In this document: piece by piece, positions 35,401 through 46,600 of the stretch
How the letters are laid out: the number at the start of each line of letters is the position of its first letter
How positions within the stretch are numbered: the stretch's first letter is position 1
Assembly: GCA_026936335.1 (NCBI GenBank)
Contig: JAPMXV010000072.1
Coordinates: 188,491-252,490 of the forward strand
Length of the DNA stretch: 64,000 nt
Reading direction: 5' to 3'
DNA from: Mantamonas sphyraenae STR306
Lineage: Eukaryota > Protista > CRuMs
Position numbers and translations under genes: made by a program
The notes under the pieces: generated by a model
The model's input: only the letters and a program-made list of their open reading frames with translations
What the model was told of the DNA's origin: nothing
Database searches by the model: none

Positions 35401-37104
35401 TGGTGCCGCACTGGGTTCTTTGGGTGGCATGGAGAATGCGTGCCGTGCGCCACGTCGGTGCGCCAGTGCAGCTGCGTCGACCAATTCATCCAGGGATGTC
35501 GGTTGGTCACGGGAAGTGTGCTCCACAGGCCCCAGTCGATCATGAACGGGTCTGACACCTTTGTGGGCGTGCTGCCATGTCCTGTGGCGAGCGCGTGCTC
35601 GGCGCTGGTGCAAAACAATGCTGGACAGCGCAACAGCACACTGTCATGCTCTCCGGGGTACCGGAATGGATCGAGATTGTGTTCAGAGTGCGACCATGGG
35701 TACTATCGGAGTGGAAAGGCGTGTGCGGCATGCCCTGCGGGCGGAGTGTTTGCGGTGAGCGTTGTGGCGTGGGTGGTGATCTTTGTGGCAGCAGTGGTGG
35801 TTGTCAATCGGCTGCAAAAGTACAGCGGTGGCGAGACGGCGACGCTGAAGATTCTGCTGTTCTTCTGGCAGGTGTTTAGTGTGATTGAGACGAGCGCCAT
35901 GAGCCTGGGAGCGGTTCTGGACAGCGCGGTGTCTCACCACGAAATCGACGGCGGAGTACTCGCGTCTATATCGCGTGTGCTCCATTGGATTCTTGTCGAG
36001 GTGGCCGGACTTGTGAATTTGTCACCGACCTCGGCGGCGTGCATGTTTGCACCACCAGCCGGTTTCACCGAACCGTGGGAAGCCGAGTTTTTCCTGGGAG
36101 GTGTGCTGATGCTGCCAATGGTGGCGATTGGGGTTTTTCTGTCCTACATGTACAACCGGTGGGCGCGATTTCGCGATTCGGATGGAAGGCGCGGACGGGA
36201 GTTTGTGGAGCTGCACAACGGGGTCGCCTCTGCGGACGACGATGAAGATGGTCTGAAGGGGGTGCCAGTGACGATTCGACATCATGTGGGTGGGGTGCTA
36301 TTGTTTGCGATGCACGTGGCGTATGGGCCGGTGCTGTTGCACAGCATGTCGCTGATGATGTGCACAGACACAAACACGGGGGCGGCGGAGCCGGATGGGC
36401 TGATGTTTTTGAACATGATGCCCTTTCTGGCTTGTCAAGGGCCAGAAAGCAGGCACGGGGCGCTGCTGGGGGTTCGGACGACTGCGTGGATGCTGTTTTT
36501 GGTCATTGGCGTGGGGTTGCCGGTCCTTGACGCGGCCGTCCTGTGGCGGCTGCGCAGAGAGAGGCAGCTGGAGCAAGCGTGGGCCAAAACGACGTTTGGA
36601 TTTCTGTACCGATGCTACCGGGACGAGAATGTTTTGTACGAGCTGGTTGTGTTGCTGCGTCGATTTGTGATCACGCTACTGGTCACCGCGGTACCGTACT
36701 ATGCATCGGTGACGTTCTTCATGTTGTTGTTTGCCACTCTGACGGCCTCCATTTGGTTCCATGCCAAGAGGATGCCGTTCCGGCGAAGACTGGACAACCA
36801 GCTGGAGAGCGTGAGTCTGCATTGCCTGAACGCGCAGCTGGTCGTGGGCGCGGCAATTGTGCTCAGCAACGACACGTTTGACAGTTCGATGATCGGATTG
36901 GCGACAGTGGTGATCGTGACGGCAACGTTTGTGGTGGGGATGCTGCTGTTTGCGGTGATGGGTGGGAAGCAGGTGTGGATGGCTGTGAGGTGGATGCGGG
37001 TGAAAGTGGGAGGACGGAGTCGCCCAGAGGGGTTGTTGGTGGAGAGGCTGTTGGATGGGGAAGAGGGGGAGGAGGATGGAGCGCGTGGGGAGACAGGAAA
37101 ATGA
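32446..37104 (+). CDS. Large intronless LRR surface receptor: signal peptide, about 30 LRRs, Cys-rich region, multi-pass TM domain
   Basis: Hydrophobic N-terminus, CEWSGVDC LRR cap, LxxLxLxxNxL repeats, CxxC/GYY modules, TLKILLFFWQV, FGFLYRCY...ELVVLLRR, PFRRRLDNQLE. Confidence 0.85.
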   Translation: MQFEMLKPVVLAFLLLGCCVQIAMGGCAERTQLVGLLESTGTSVVMNNKCYCEWSGVDCNATMSFNATEACCGSGRFVTGITLRAMSAVSLPDSVRAFGGQLRRFEILGSVSPVPVLPEWLGDFAALQVLKVTNVGLARVPDALQKLTELQELVLYGNVLERVPTWVWALPRLSTLDWSENSLSELDDGVANATQLQSLKLWKNALGTLPEKFGEMRNLRTLDVSENQLQAFPASMEGLGLLESLLASQNQLAAFDATGMVSLETLVLNNNIVSNLSLSLGSLRRLKQIDMSDNALESLPEEIGQLGASLVSLDVTGNPRLQRVPDSICNLFSLQRLAMTGCPVVELPANIGRLGNLTSLLVTDSELTHVPESIGQLAKLTALWLAGSAALKELPASMGKLRNLESLFLSYLPLSEVPGWVCNLTQLRAVDFSYNRIRTLPACIGDLQKLNGLVLNNNELETLPESFVQLKSLNTLNLKFNRLKVLPRGFGGLSLLHTLELSNNPLTALPDDLTLLSSLDVLRLDNTSLVRLPDGMDVMRLSWLTMDNTPLKRLPASLGNLVTLRILSVAHAELEELPAEMGRLTNLSQITLTANRLTSLPELGLMKRLTFLDVSNNSLRHLPESLCDCTALNIVDASDNLLTMLPSKMHQLVRLSTLDVSKNMITELPLSMSGLVKLDTLLVDHNLIAGSMPRWIYRLASLVTLRMANNSLDDLLAGYTCSVSFKKLVTLDVSGNKIAGKVPASFFSLPALRSLNLARNRLVGFSHLCGSALTRSKTLVSVDLHSNQFVSLDEAVLNLRMLETLDARGNRLRDVLTLGGRSFASTRLRTLILRDNQLPRIHFDARSSAFSQLVELDLSNNTHMYGDVLTMPRMPVAEQIDLSDTALEGDLNGLPVIASLRRLDVHNTRISGAFGASYNHIGSSNSLWYADVRNTSIVLASGATDWLVVQAGKQFANGNVTCPEVSDTRGTLQFYYEPSNWMERCWCRTGFFGWHGECVPCATSVRQCSCVDQFIQGCRLVTGSVLHRPQSIMNGSDTFVGVLPCPVASACSALVQNNAGQRNSTLSCSPGYRNGSRLCSECDHGYYRSGKACAACPAGGVFAVSVVAWVVIFVAAVVVVNRLQKYSGGETATLKILLFFWQVFSVIETSAMSLGAVLDSAVSHHEIDGGVLASISRVLHWILVEVAGLVNLSPTSAACMFAPPAGFTEPWEAEFFLGGVLMLPMVAIGVFLSYMYNRWARFRDSDGRRGREFVELHNGVASADDDEDGLKGVPVTIRHHVGGVLLFAMHVAYGPVLLHSMSLMMCTDTNTGAAEPDGLMFLNMMPFLACQGPESRHGALLGVRTTAWMLFLVIGVGLPVLDAAVLWRLRRERQLEQAWAKTTFGFLYRCYRDENVLYELVVLLRRFVITLLVTAVPYYASVTFFMLLFATLTASIWFHAKRMPFRRRLDNQLESVSLHCLNAQLVVGAAIVLSNDTFDSSMIGLATVVIVTATFVVGMLLFAVMGGKQVWMAVRWMRVKVGGRSRPEGLLVERLLDGEEGEEDGARGETGK

Positions 37105-37915
37105 ACTTGGACGTGGCCGGAAGAAAGCGGCTGCTGACCCTTGTCCGCGAGGGTGCTGGCGAGGAGGAGCTGCTCGAGGTGATTGGAGGGATGACGAGGG
37201 TGCGTCTGCGTGGGGAGTTGGACTTGTTCAACTCGATGGTGCGTGGGAAGGACTTGGAACAGGTTTGCAGGGCGCTGGCCTGCTTTTGGACGGGGTGTCT
37301 GGGGCAAAGGCAGTGGGTGCGTTTGGAGAGATGCTGAAGAAGAACACGACTTTGCAGGAGCTTGCGCTAGGGAGGGAGGCGCGGGATGAAGAGAACCAGG
37401 CCGCCCTGCTGAAGGGATTGGAGGACAACTGGACGTTTTGGAGGCTATCGTCTGTTGGAGCAAGCTCGGGTTTGCTACGGAAGCTGGCTGAGAACCAACG
37501 GCTGGGGGCGACGTTCTCAGCAGCGGCAGAGGCAGGGGATGTGGAGTGGATGGAGAGGTTGAGGGAGAAGGGTGTGGATGTGAACACCAGGGGAGGGGCC
37601 AGAACGGCGTTGGAGGGAGCTGTGATGGGAGATCAGGAGTTTGTGGTGGAGGTGTTGCGGGCGTGGGGCGCGAGGCCAAGGGAGAGAACGAGGGAGCTGG
37701 TGAGGGGGAAAGGGTGGAGAAAGGCGTGGCATTGGATTGGGTGGGGTGGACAGGTGGATGAGGCGATGGAGGTGGCGTTGGTGATGAACGGGGAGGAGAG
37801 GGAGGTGATGTTTGGGTGTGGTGGGATGGAGGGGTACGCACCGACTGCACAGTGGATGACACTGCCGGATGAGGTGATGGAGAGGGTGGTTGGGTGGGTG
37901 GGGAGGGGAGGGTGA
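37101..37915 (+). CDS. Short divergent member of the LRR-ANK-F-box-like family (about 1 LRR); probable exons 37101-37199 and 37271-37915; may be a pseudogene
   Basis: A GT-AG intron at the family position restores the frame but has no clear CTGAC. NTTLQELAL, ANK-like RTALEGAV, tail nearly identical to the next gene. Confidence 0.55.
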
Positions 37916-38040
37916 GAGAGTGGGAGGTGAATCAAGCGCAGTGGCATCCAACGTGATTGACAAGGTAGAGGAGTTGTTGGGTCGGTTGGTGTCGACGGTT
38001 GGTGGCGTTCATGCTGACGGGGAAATGCAGAGTGGACGAG

Positions 38041-39754
38041 ATGAGCTCACAGGAGATTGTTGATTGGGGTGTCCTGCTGCAAAGTGGGGACCATGAACGC
38101 ATTTGCAGTCAATTGAACGCAATGGGAGAGGTTTGTTTTCCTGAGGGACCGGGAGAGCGTGATGGGACGCGTCCTGACACATGGTGAACAGGGACTGAGC
38201 CTGTTTGGAAAGAAGCTGGGAGGAAGACAACAAGCAGCGGCTCTGGCAAAGGCGTTGAGCGGGAACAAGAGCCTGCGGAGGTTGAATCTGTACAACAACT
38301 GCATCGACGACGAGGGAGCAGAAGCAGTCGCAGAGGCTTTGAGAAGGAACCGCAGCTTGCAGAGCTTGAATATGGGTCACAATCGAATTTGCGACGGAGG
38401 TGCAGCTGCTCTGGGGCAGGCACTGAGTGAAAACTTCACCTTGAAGGTGCTGTATCTGCAAGACAACAACATCACTGGCTTTGGGGCAGCAGCTCTGGCA
38501 AAGGGATTGAGCGGGAACAAGAGCTTGCAGACCGTGAACTTGAGCAGCAACGGAATTGGCTCAGAAGGAGCAGTGGCCTTGGCCAAGGCTCTAGGTGAGG
38601 GTGATATGTTGCAGACACTGTCTCTCTGTAGTAATAGCATTGGTGCAGAAGGGGCCGCAGCTCTGGCAAAGGCGTTGGCAGTGAGCAAGAGCCTGCGGAA
38701 GTTGATCCTGTACACAAACGGCATTGGTGCGGAAGGAGCAGCAGCACTGGGACAGGCATTGGCAAAGAACTGCAGCTTGACGATGATGGATGTTGGGAGC
38801 AACAACATCGGTGCGCAAGGGGCAATCGCTCTCTTGCAAGGAGTGGGCAAGAACCGCAGCTTGACTCGACTCGACTTGTGGAGCAACAACGTCGAATCAG
38901 AGGGAGCCACGGCACTGGCCAAGGCATTAGCCCAGAACAGCAGCTTGCAGATGGTGGACTTTTGCGATAACAACATTGGCGACCAAGGAGCAGCAGCACT
39001 CGGGGAGGAGCTCGTCAAGAACAGCAGTTTGCAGAGCCTGAACCTAGGATACAACGGCATTGGGGCCGAAGGAGCAGCTTCACTGGCCAAAGCACTGTGT
39101 ATGAACAGCTGCTTGCAGACCCTCTTTCTCAACGGCAACGGGATTGCCGATGAAGGAGCAGCAGCAGTTGCGCAAGCACTCAGTGAGAACAGCAGCTTGC
39201 AGACACTGAACCTGGGCAGGAATAACATTGGACACACAGGTTTGGCGGCACTGGCGAAAGCGATGGAGGGCAATCGATCGTGCTGGAGCATGCGAGAAAT
39301 CGGCAGCGACGCAATTGCGTTGTGCACTCGGAGGAACGAGGAGAAACACAGGGAGTTTGTGGAGTGTGGGGATGTGAAGAAGATGCGAGAGTTGAGGGAG
39401 TGGGGCGTGCCACTGGACACGTCTGCGGGGGAGCGAGAGAGGACGGCGATGGAGAGAGCAGTGCAGCGAGCGGATGACGGGATTGTGGAGGAGTTGCGGG
39501 CGTGGGGTGCGAGGCCGAGGATGGAAACGGTGGAGATGGTGAGGGAGGAAGGGTGGAGGAAGGCGTGGCATTGGATTGGGTGGTGTGGGCAGGTGGATGA
39601 GGCGATGGAGGTGGCGTTGGTGATGAATGGGGAGGAGAGAGAGGTGATGTTTGGGTGTGGTGGGATGGAGGGGTACGCACCGACTGCACAGTGGATGACA
39701 CTGCCGGATGAGGTGATGGAGAGGGTGGTTGGGTGGGTGGGGAGGGGAGGGTGA
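38041..39754 (+). CDS. RI/NLRC3-type LRR (12 x 28 aa) + ankyrin + C-terminal F-box-like protein; exons 38041-38130 and 38192-39754
   Basis: Phase-0 GT-AG intron with CCTGAC; NxSLxxLxLxxNxIGxEGAxALAxAL repeats; RTAMERAV; WMTLPDEVMERVV. Confidence 0.88.
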
Positions 39755-39879
39755 GAGAGTGGGAGGTGAATCAAGCGCAGTGGCATCCAACGTGATTGAC
39801 AAGGTAGAGGAGTTGTTGGGTCGGTTGGTGTCGACGGTTGGTGGCGTTCATGCTGACGGGGAAATGCAGAGTGGACGAG

Positions 39880-41593
39880 ATGAGCTCACAGGAGATTGTT
39901 GATTGGGGTGTCCTGCTGCAAAGTGGGGACCATGAACGCATTTGCAGTCAATTGAACGCAATGGGAGAGGTTTGTTTTCCTGAGGGACCGGGAGAGCGTG
40001 ATGGGACGCGTCCTGACACATGGTGAACAGGGACTGAGCCTGTTTGGAAAGAAGCTGGGAGGAAGACAACAAGCAGCGGCTCTGGCAAAGGCGTTGAGCG
40101 GGAACAAGAGCTTGCACACGTTGAATCTGTACAACAACTGCATCGACGACGAGGGAGCAGAAGCAGTCGCAGAGGCTTTGAGAAGGAACCGCAGCTTGCA
40201 GAGCTTGAATATGGGTCACAATCGAATTTGCGACGGAGGTGCAGCTGCTCTGGGGCAGGCACTGAGTGAAAACTTCACCTTGAAGGTGCTGTGTCTGCAA
40301 AACAACAACATCACTGGCTTTGGGGCAGCAGCTCTGGCAAAGGGATTGAGCGGGAACAAGAGCTTGCAGACCGTGAACTTGAGCAGCAACGGAATTGGCT
40401 CAGAAGGAGCAGTGGCCTTGGCCAAGGCTCTAGGTGAGGGTGATATGTTGCAGACACTGTCTCTCTGTAGTAATAGCATTGGTGCAGAAGGGGCCGCAGC
40501 TCTGGCAAAGGCGTTGGCAGTGAGCAAGAGCCTGCGGAAGTTGATCCTGTACACAAACGGCATTGGTGCGGAAGGAGCAGCAGCACTGGGACAGGCATTG
40601 GCAAAGAACTGCAGCTTGACGATGATGGATGTTGGGAGCAACAACATCGGTGCGCAAGGGGCAATCGCTCTCTTGCAAGGAGCGGGCAAGAACCGCAGCT
40701 TGACTCGACTCGACTTGTGGAGCAACAACGTCGAATCAGAGGGAGCCACGGCACTGGCCAAGGCATTAGCCCAGAACAGCAGCTTGCAGATGGTGGACTT
40801 TTGCGATAACAACATTGGCGACAAAGGAGCAGCAGCACTCGGGGAGGAGCTCGTCAAGAACAGCAGTTTGCAGAGCCTGAACTTAGGATACAACGGCATT
40901 GGGGCCGAAGGAGCAGCTTCACTGGCGCAGGCACTGTGTATGAACAGCTGCTTGCAGACCCTCTTTCTCAACGGCAACGGGATTGCCGATGAAGGAGCAG
41001 CCGCAGTTGCGCAAGCACTGAGTGAGAACAGCAGCTTGCAGACACTGAACCTGGGCGGGAATAACATTGGATACACAGGTTTGGCGGCACTGGCGAAAGC
41101 GATGGAGGGCAATCGATCGTGCTGGAGCTTGCGAGAAATCGGCAGCGACGCAATTGCGTTGTGCACTCGGAGGAACAAGGAGAAACACAGGGAGTTTGTG
41201 GAGTGTGGGGATGTGAAGAAGATGCGAGAGTTGAGGGAGTGGGGCGTGCCACTGGACACGTCTGCGGGGGAGCGAGAGAGGACGGCGATGGAGAGAGCCG
41301 TGCAGCGAGGGGATGACGGGATTGTGGTGGAGTTGCGGGCGTGGGGTGCGAGGCCGAGGATGGAAACGGTGGAGATGGTGAGGGAGGAAGGGTGGAGGAA
41401 GGCGTGGCATTGGATTGGGTGGTGTGGGCAGGTGGATGAGGCGATGGAGGTGGCGTTGGTGATGAATGGGGAGGAGAGGGAGGTGATGTTTGAGTGTGGT
41501 GGGATGGAGGGGTACGAACCGACTGCACAGTGGATGACACTGCCAGATGAGGTGATGGAGAGGGTGGTGCAGTGGGTGGGGAGGGGAGGGTGA
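39880..41593 (+). CDS. Tandem duplicate LRR-ANK-F-box-like protein (12 LRR); exons 39880-39969 and 40031-41593
   Basis: Copy of the previous gene at +1839 nt with about 15 amino-acid differences. Confidence 0.88.
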
Positions 41594-41789
41594 GAGGGGG
41601 GAAGCGCTGTGGGGAGCAAGGCATCCAACAACCGTCACATTCCAACAGGAATTCGAATGTAGGTAGAGTGAAGCTGGATAGAGAACGTGCGGGATGGGGA
41701 GCGTGGCTGCAGAAGGGGAAGAATGAGAAAAGTCTGCATTCGCGCTTCGCGCTCACCCAATTTTCGACACAACGCGCAAACAAAGGACA

Positions 41790-43590
41790 ATGAGCTCTCT
41801 CGAGGTTGATGACTGGGTGGCTTTGTTGCAGAACGGGGATCTTGACCAGATTTGTAGTGCACTGGAGGCAGAGGGGGAGGTTGGTTGGAACGAGTGGGTG
41901 GATTGCGGGCCAGCAAACGGCGTGTGCGCTGACACTCGGGGCACAGACGTTGGGAATTTGTGACAAGGGGATAGGAGACAAAGAGGCAATGGCGCTGGCC
42001 AAGGCGCTGGGGAAGAACAGCAGCTTGAAGAGTCTGGACCTCCACAGCAACAGCATCGGGGCAGAAGGCGCAGCAGCGTTGGCGCAGGGACTGGCCGAGA
42101 ACGGGAGCTTGCGGGAGCTGAACCTCAGACACAACAACATCAGAGCAGGAGGAGCAGCAGCACTGGCACAGGCACTGAGTGAAAAGAACAGCTTGCAGAC
42201 GCTGGACCTCAGACACAACCGCATCGGGAACGAAGGAGCAGGATATCTTGGGCAAGCACTGAGTGGGAACACGAGCTTGCACACTCTGATTCTCTGGGAC
42301 AACAGCATCGGGGCAGGAGGAGCAGCAGCGCTGGCGCAGGGACTGGCCGAGAACGGGAGCTTGCGGGAGCTGGACCTCGTGAACAACAATATCGGGGACG
42401 ACGGAGCAGCAACACTTGCGCAAGCACTGAGTGGGAACACATCCTTGCGGACACTGAACCTCTGGAACAACAGCATCGGGGCAGGAGGCGCAGCAGCGAT
42501 GGCGCAGGCACTGGCCAAGAATGGCAGCTTGCGGGCACTGAACCTCGTCAGCAACACCATCGGAGATGAAGGAGCAGCAGCACTTGCGCAAGCACTGAGT
42601 GGGAACACGAGCTTGCAGAAACTGGACATCTGGGACAACGACATCGGGGACGAAGGAGCAGCAGCACTGGCGCAAGCACTCGGTGCGAACACGAGCTTGC
42701 ACACTCTGAACCTACCCGGAAACAGCATTGAAGCAGAAGGCGCAGCAGCGCTGGCGCAGGGACTGGCCAAGAACGGCAGCTTGCGGGAGCTGAACCTCAT
42801 GAACAACAATATCGGGGACGAAGGAGCAGCAGCAGTTGCGCAAGCACTGAGTGAGAACAATGGCTTGCAGAGACTGGGCCTCAGCATCAACAGCATTGAG
42901 GCAGAAGGCGCAGCAGCGCTGGCGCAGGGACTGGCCAAGAACGGCAGCTTGCGGGCACTGAACCTCGTGAACAACAATTTCGGGGACGAAGGAGCAGCAG
43001 CATTTGCGCAAACACTGAGTGTGAACACGAGCTTGCAAGTGCTGGACCTCCGCTTCAACAACATTGAGGCAGAAGGGGCAGCAGCTCTGGCCACGGCAAT
43101 GGAAGGCAACCGAGCTTGCTGGGAGATCAGAGGTGTCAGCGACGAAGCACTGGAATTGATCTTGAAGAGGAACAAGGAGCAGCATGTGGAGTTTGTGGAG
43201 TGTGGGGATGTGGAAAAGATGCAGGAGTTGATGGAGTGGGGGGTGCCTTTGGACACGTTTGCGGGAGAGCGAGAGGAGACTGCGCTGAAGCGAGCTGTGC
43301 AGCAAGGAGATGAGGGGATTGTGGAGGTGTTGCGGGCGTGGGGTGCGAAGCCGAGGTTGAGAACAGTGGAGATGGTGAGGGAGGGAGGATGGAGGAGGGA
43401 GTGGCATTGGATTGGGTGGGGTGCGGAGGTGGACGAGGCGATGGAGGTTGCGCTGGTGATGAATGGAGAGGAGAGGGAGGCGATGCTTGTGTCTGGAGGG
43501 ATGGATGCGTATGAACCGACTGCGCAGTGGATGACACTGCCAGGAGAGGTGATGGAGAGGGTGGTTGGGTGGGTGGGGAGGGGAGGGTGA
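41790..43590 (+). CDS. LRR-ANK-F-box-like protein (13 LRR); exons 41790-41879 and 41947-43590
   Basis: Homologous exon 1 (MSSLEVDDWVALLQNGD), same intron position, 84-nt LRR modules, same tail. Confidence 0.88.
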
Positions 43591-43631
43591 GAGAGGGAGA
43601 GGGTGGCGAATGCCAGCCCAAACGAAAAAGC

Positions 43632-46600
43632 ATGAGATCCCAACTCCATGCCCTCCTCCACAAGAATCAACTCCTCTTGACACGGAGACGCGCATTCATC
43701 GTGTCTCTCGTGCTGGCCCCGACGATCTTTCTCTCGATGCTTGTCCTCCTGCAACACTCGCTGCTCCTCGCGTCCACGCAACCGCAGCCCTTTGCACGCA
43801 ACCCTCCCTCGTTGTCCCTGCGCAACTCAACTTCTCTGCGCTGTGTGGTCATCAATTCTCTCCTGCGCCACGATGCGAACGCGCCTTGCGTTGCCTTGGC
43901 TTTCACGCCACAAACACCCTTTTCCGACGCCGTCGTTGCGCATATCCGCTCCTCGTACGGTCTCTTGAAAAATGAGACGCTGTCGTTCGACACGCCAGAG
44001 TCAATGGCCATGCATATTGCGCTGCGCCCAGGCCATGTCGGCCTTGCCCTCACGCTGAACGCCACCGTGCAGGACGAAATTTCGTACGAAATCTGGTCAA
44101 ACAACACGGCATCGTTCTACGCGGCACAACTGGGTCTGGATCGCGTGCTAGAGACGTACTCACTGGACGGACAGGCTATGTTGCTAGATCTAGCGGTGCA
44201 GGAGGCTCTGATTGCGCAGCACACGCCGGTGCGTCTGCACACAAACATTCAGGCGTTTCCCCAGCTCATCTCCAACGGGATCCAGCAAACACAGCAGTTA
44301 CTGTCCGATTACGGGGCCTTGGTCTTGTTGGCCGGCTGTATGATTTTGTATGTGGCCATTGTCAACGTCGTGGCGGACGAAAAGGCGCGTGGAATGCTTG
44401 GCCTGATGCGCAGCATGAACCTGCATGAAAGTGTCTACTGGCTGTCGTGGTTTGTCGCCCTTGTGCCTGTGGCCCTGTTGACGGCGGTTGCCCTTGTGGG
44501 GGCGGGACACGCCATGGATGTGCCCCTTTTCACCCGCTCAGATCCCTGGGTGTTGCTGACGCTGTTTGCGTTGTTTCTGTTGTCCACCATTCCGTTTGCC
44601 TTTGTGGCAACCAACATGCGCACCGTGCGCGGGGCAAACGTGTGTGCGCTGAGCATGGTGGGTGTGGGCGTTGTGTTGCAGGTCTATGTGCAGGCGGCGC
44701 CCCAGCTTCTGAGTGCCGGCATGCTTGCCATCAACACGTTCTACGACCCTGTCAACGCCACCATCCTGATGCGCATCGTGACGGCTCTGCTGCCACAGTT
44801 CCATCTTATTCGAGTGCTGGAAGACATCCGTCTGCAGGTTGCGGACAAGGTGGTGTACAGCACCGCCCTGAAGAAGCAGACGGTGATTCCTGGCGGGCGC
44901 TATGTGTGGGCTGACCTGTGGAAGGAGAGGACTCAAGCGTCGTGCTGCACGCTGAGCGACGGGCTGCGGCCTTCACCGTACACGTACGTTGTTCCGCCCG
45001 CGGAGGAGTCGCTTTGGCTGCTCGTGCTGGACGTTTGCCTCTACCTGATTTTGGCATGGTATCTGGGCATGGTGGTTGACTCGGGAGACGGAACGGCTCG
45101 CCCGTGGTACCTGTGGCGTCGGGAGCGTCGATCTGACGAGACGCCTGTGGCGGGCGACTTGAGAGCAGCAAACATGGTTCGCAGCCGCCAGGAAGGGAGC
45201 ATTCGCGTGCACAAGCTGAGCAAGTCGTTCAAGAGCGTTTCCGCGGTGCGTGAGGTGACGCTCGAGATGGCGCGTGGAGAGGTGTTCTGTCTGTTGGGGC
45301 AAAACGGGGCCGGCAAGACGACCATCATCAAAATGTTGACGGGCATGGAAAAGATCAGCCACGGCTACGCACATCTGTTGGGACTGGACGTCGGGCGAGA
45401 CGTGGGCAGAGTGCGAGGCCTGATTGGCATATGCCCGCAGGGCGATGTCCTGTGGAACGAACTCACCGCAGAGGAACATTTGCTGATCTTTGCTCGCTTC
45501 CGCGACGTTGAGGCCACGTGGGGTGCTGAACGCATGCGTGAGGCGCTCGAAAAGACGGGACTGTTGGAGGATGCCGGTGTGGCTGTGGGCAACTTTAGCG
45601 GTGGCATGAAACGACGAATGTGTGTGGCCATGGCTGTGGTGGGCGATCCCGCCGTGGTGTTCCTGGACGAACCGACGGCTGGGCTGGATCCGTTGTCACG
45701 GCGCCAGCTGTGGGCATATGTACAGGAGCTGAAGGCGGAGCGAATTGTGTGTCTGACCACGCACTACCTGGAGGAGGCGGAGCTGCTGGGCGATCGGGTT
45801 GGAATTCTGTCGCAGGGGAGGCTCTGTGCACTGGGATCGCCGTCATTGTTGAAGTCTGTGTATGGGGGAGGTTTCCACGCAAAACTGCTGTGCGAAGCAG
45901 ACCGAGCTGCCGAAGTCGAGAGGCTTGTGAAGCGGTTCCTGCCGTTTGCTGAGATTCTGGACCAGAGCGCAGGCAGTTTTTCTGTGTCGATTCCTGCTGG
46001 TGAGGCGGGCCAGGTACGTCGTCTGCTGCTGACGCTGGAAGAGGCCGGCGAGGCGAGTGCGGTGAAGGAGTGGGACGTCAGCACAACGACGCTGGAAGAG
46101 GTTTTCCTGCGTGTGGCGCGGCTGGAGCAAACCGTGAACCGTAACGATGGGGATCGAGGGAATGTGTGTGCGGTGTGTGGCGAGAGGCCCGCAGGGCGTG
46201 TGATGCTGTTTACGCGGAGCGGGAGCGCCGTGCGCACAGAAGGGCTTGTGTGCACGACGTGTGCGGAGGAGGAGGAAAGGGATGAGGAGGAGCAAGGCGA
46301 TGGGGTGGAAGAGGAAGACACGAGGACGGAGGAGGAGGAGGAGGCTGCTTTCCTCGGGCGGGACAGCGAGGCGTTTTCAACGGACCACTTGTTTGCCAAA
46401 CAAGTGCGAGCGCTGTGCATCAAGAACGCACAAGTGAAGCGCCGGGGTAACCGATGGGTGCTCGGGTGTCAGTTGCTGTTGCCTGTGCTTGTGGTGGTTG
46501 TGTCTGTGTTGATCCAGCGGGATTTGTACCGGACGGCCTCGTTCACAGGGGCGAACTGTGATTTTGGCAGCGAGTACCGCACGTCTTGTACGCCGGATGC

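Larger units (their letters stand above)
37721..41593. repeat. Tandem segmental duplication, period 1839 nt (about 2.1 units)
   Basis: 37721-39754 recurs at 39560-41593, including the intergenic spacer and intron. Confidence 0.93.

Noticed and set aside
41594-41789. Possible tRNA or structured RNA in the spacer
   Set aside because: No cloverleaf, T-loop in context or convincing stem was visible by eye.
43527-43631. ABCA start overlapping the upstream LRR gene
   Set aside because: The ATG at 43632 gives the typical ABCA N-terminus (QLHALLHKN). The upstream in-frame stretch is the LRR tail read in another frame.
40968-43781. Long antisense ORFs over LRR, kinesin, BOP1, M20 and other genes
   Set aside because: Shadow ORFs expected from high GC, codon bias and repeats; they carry no independent protein motifs.
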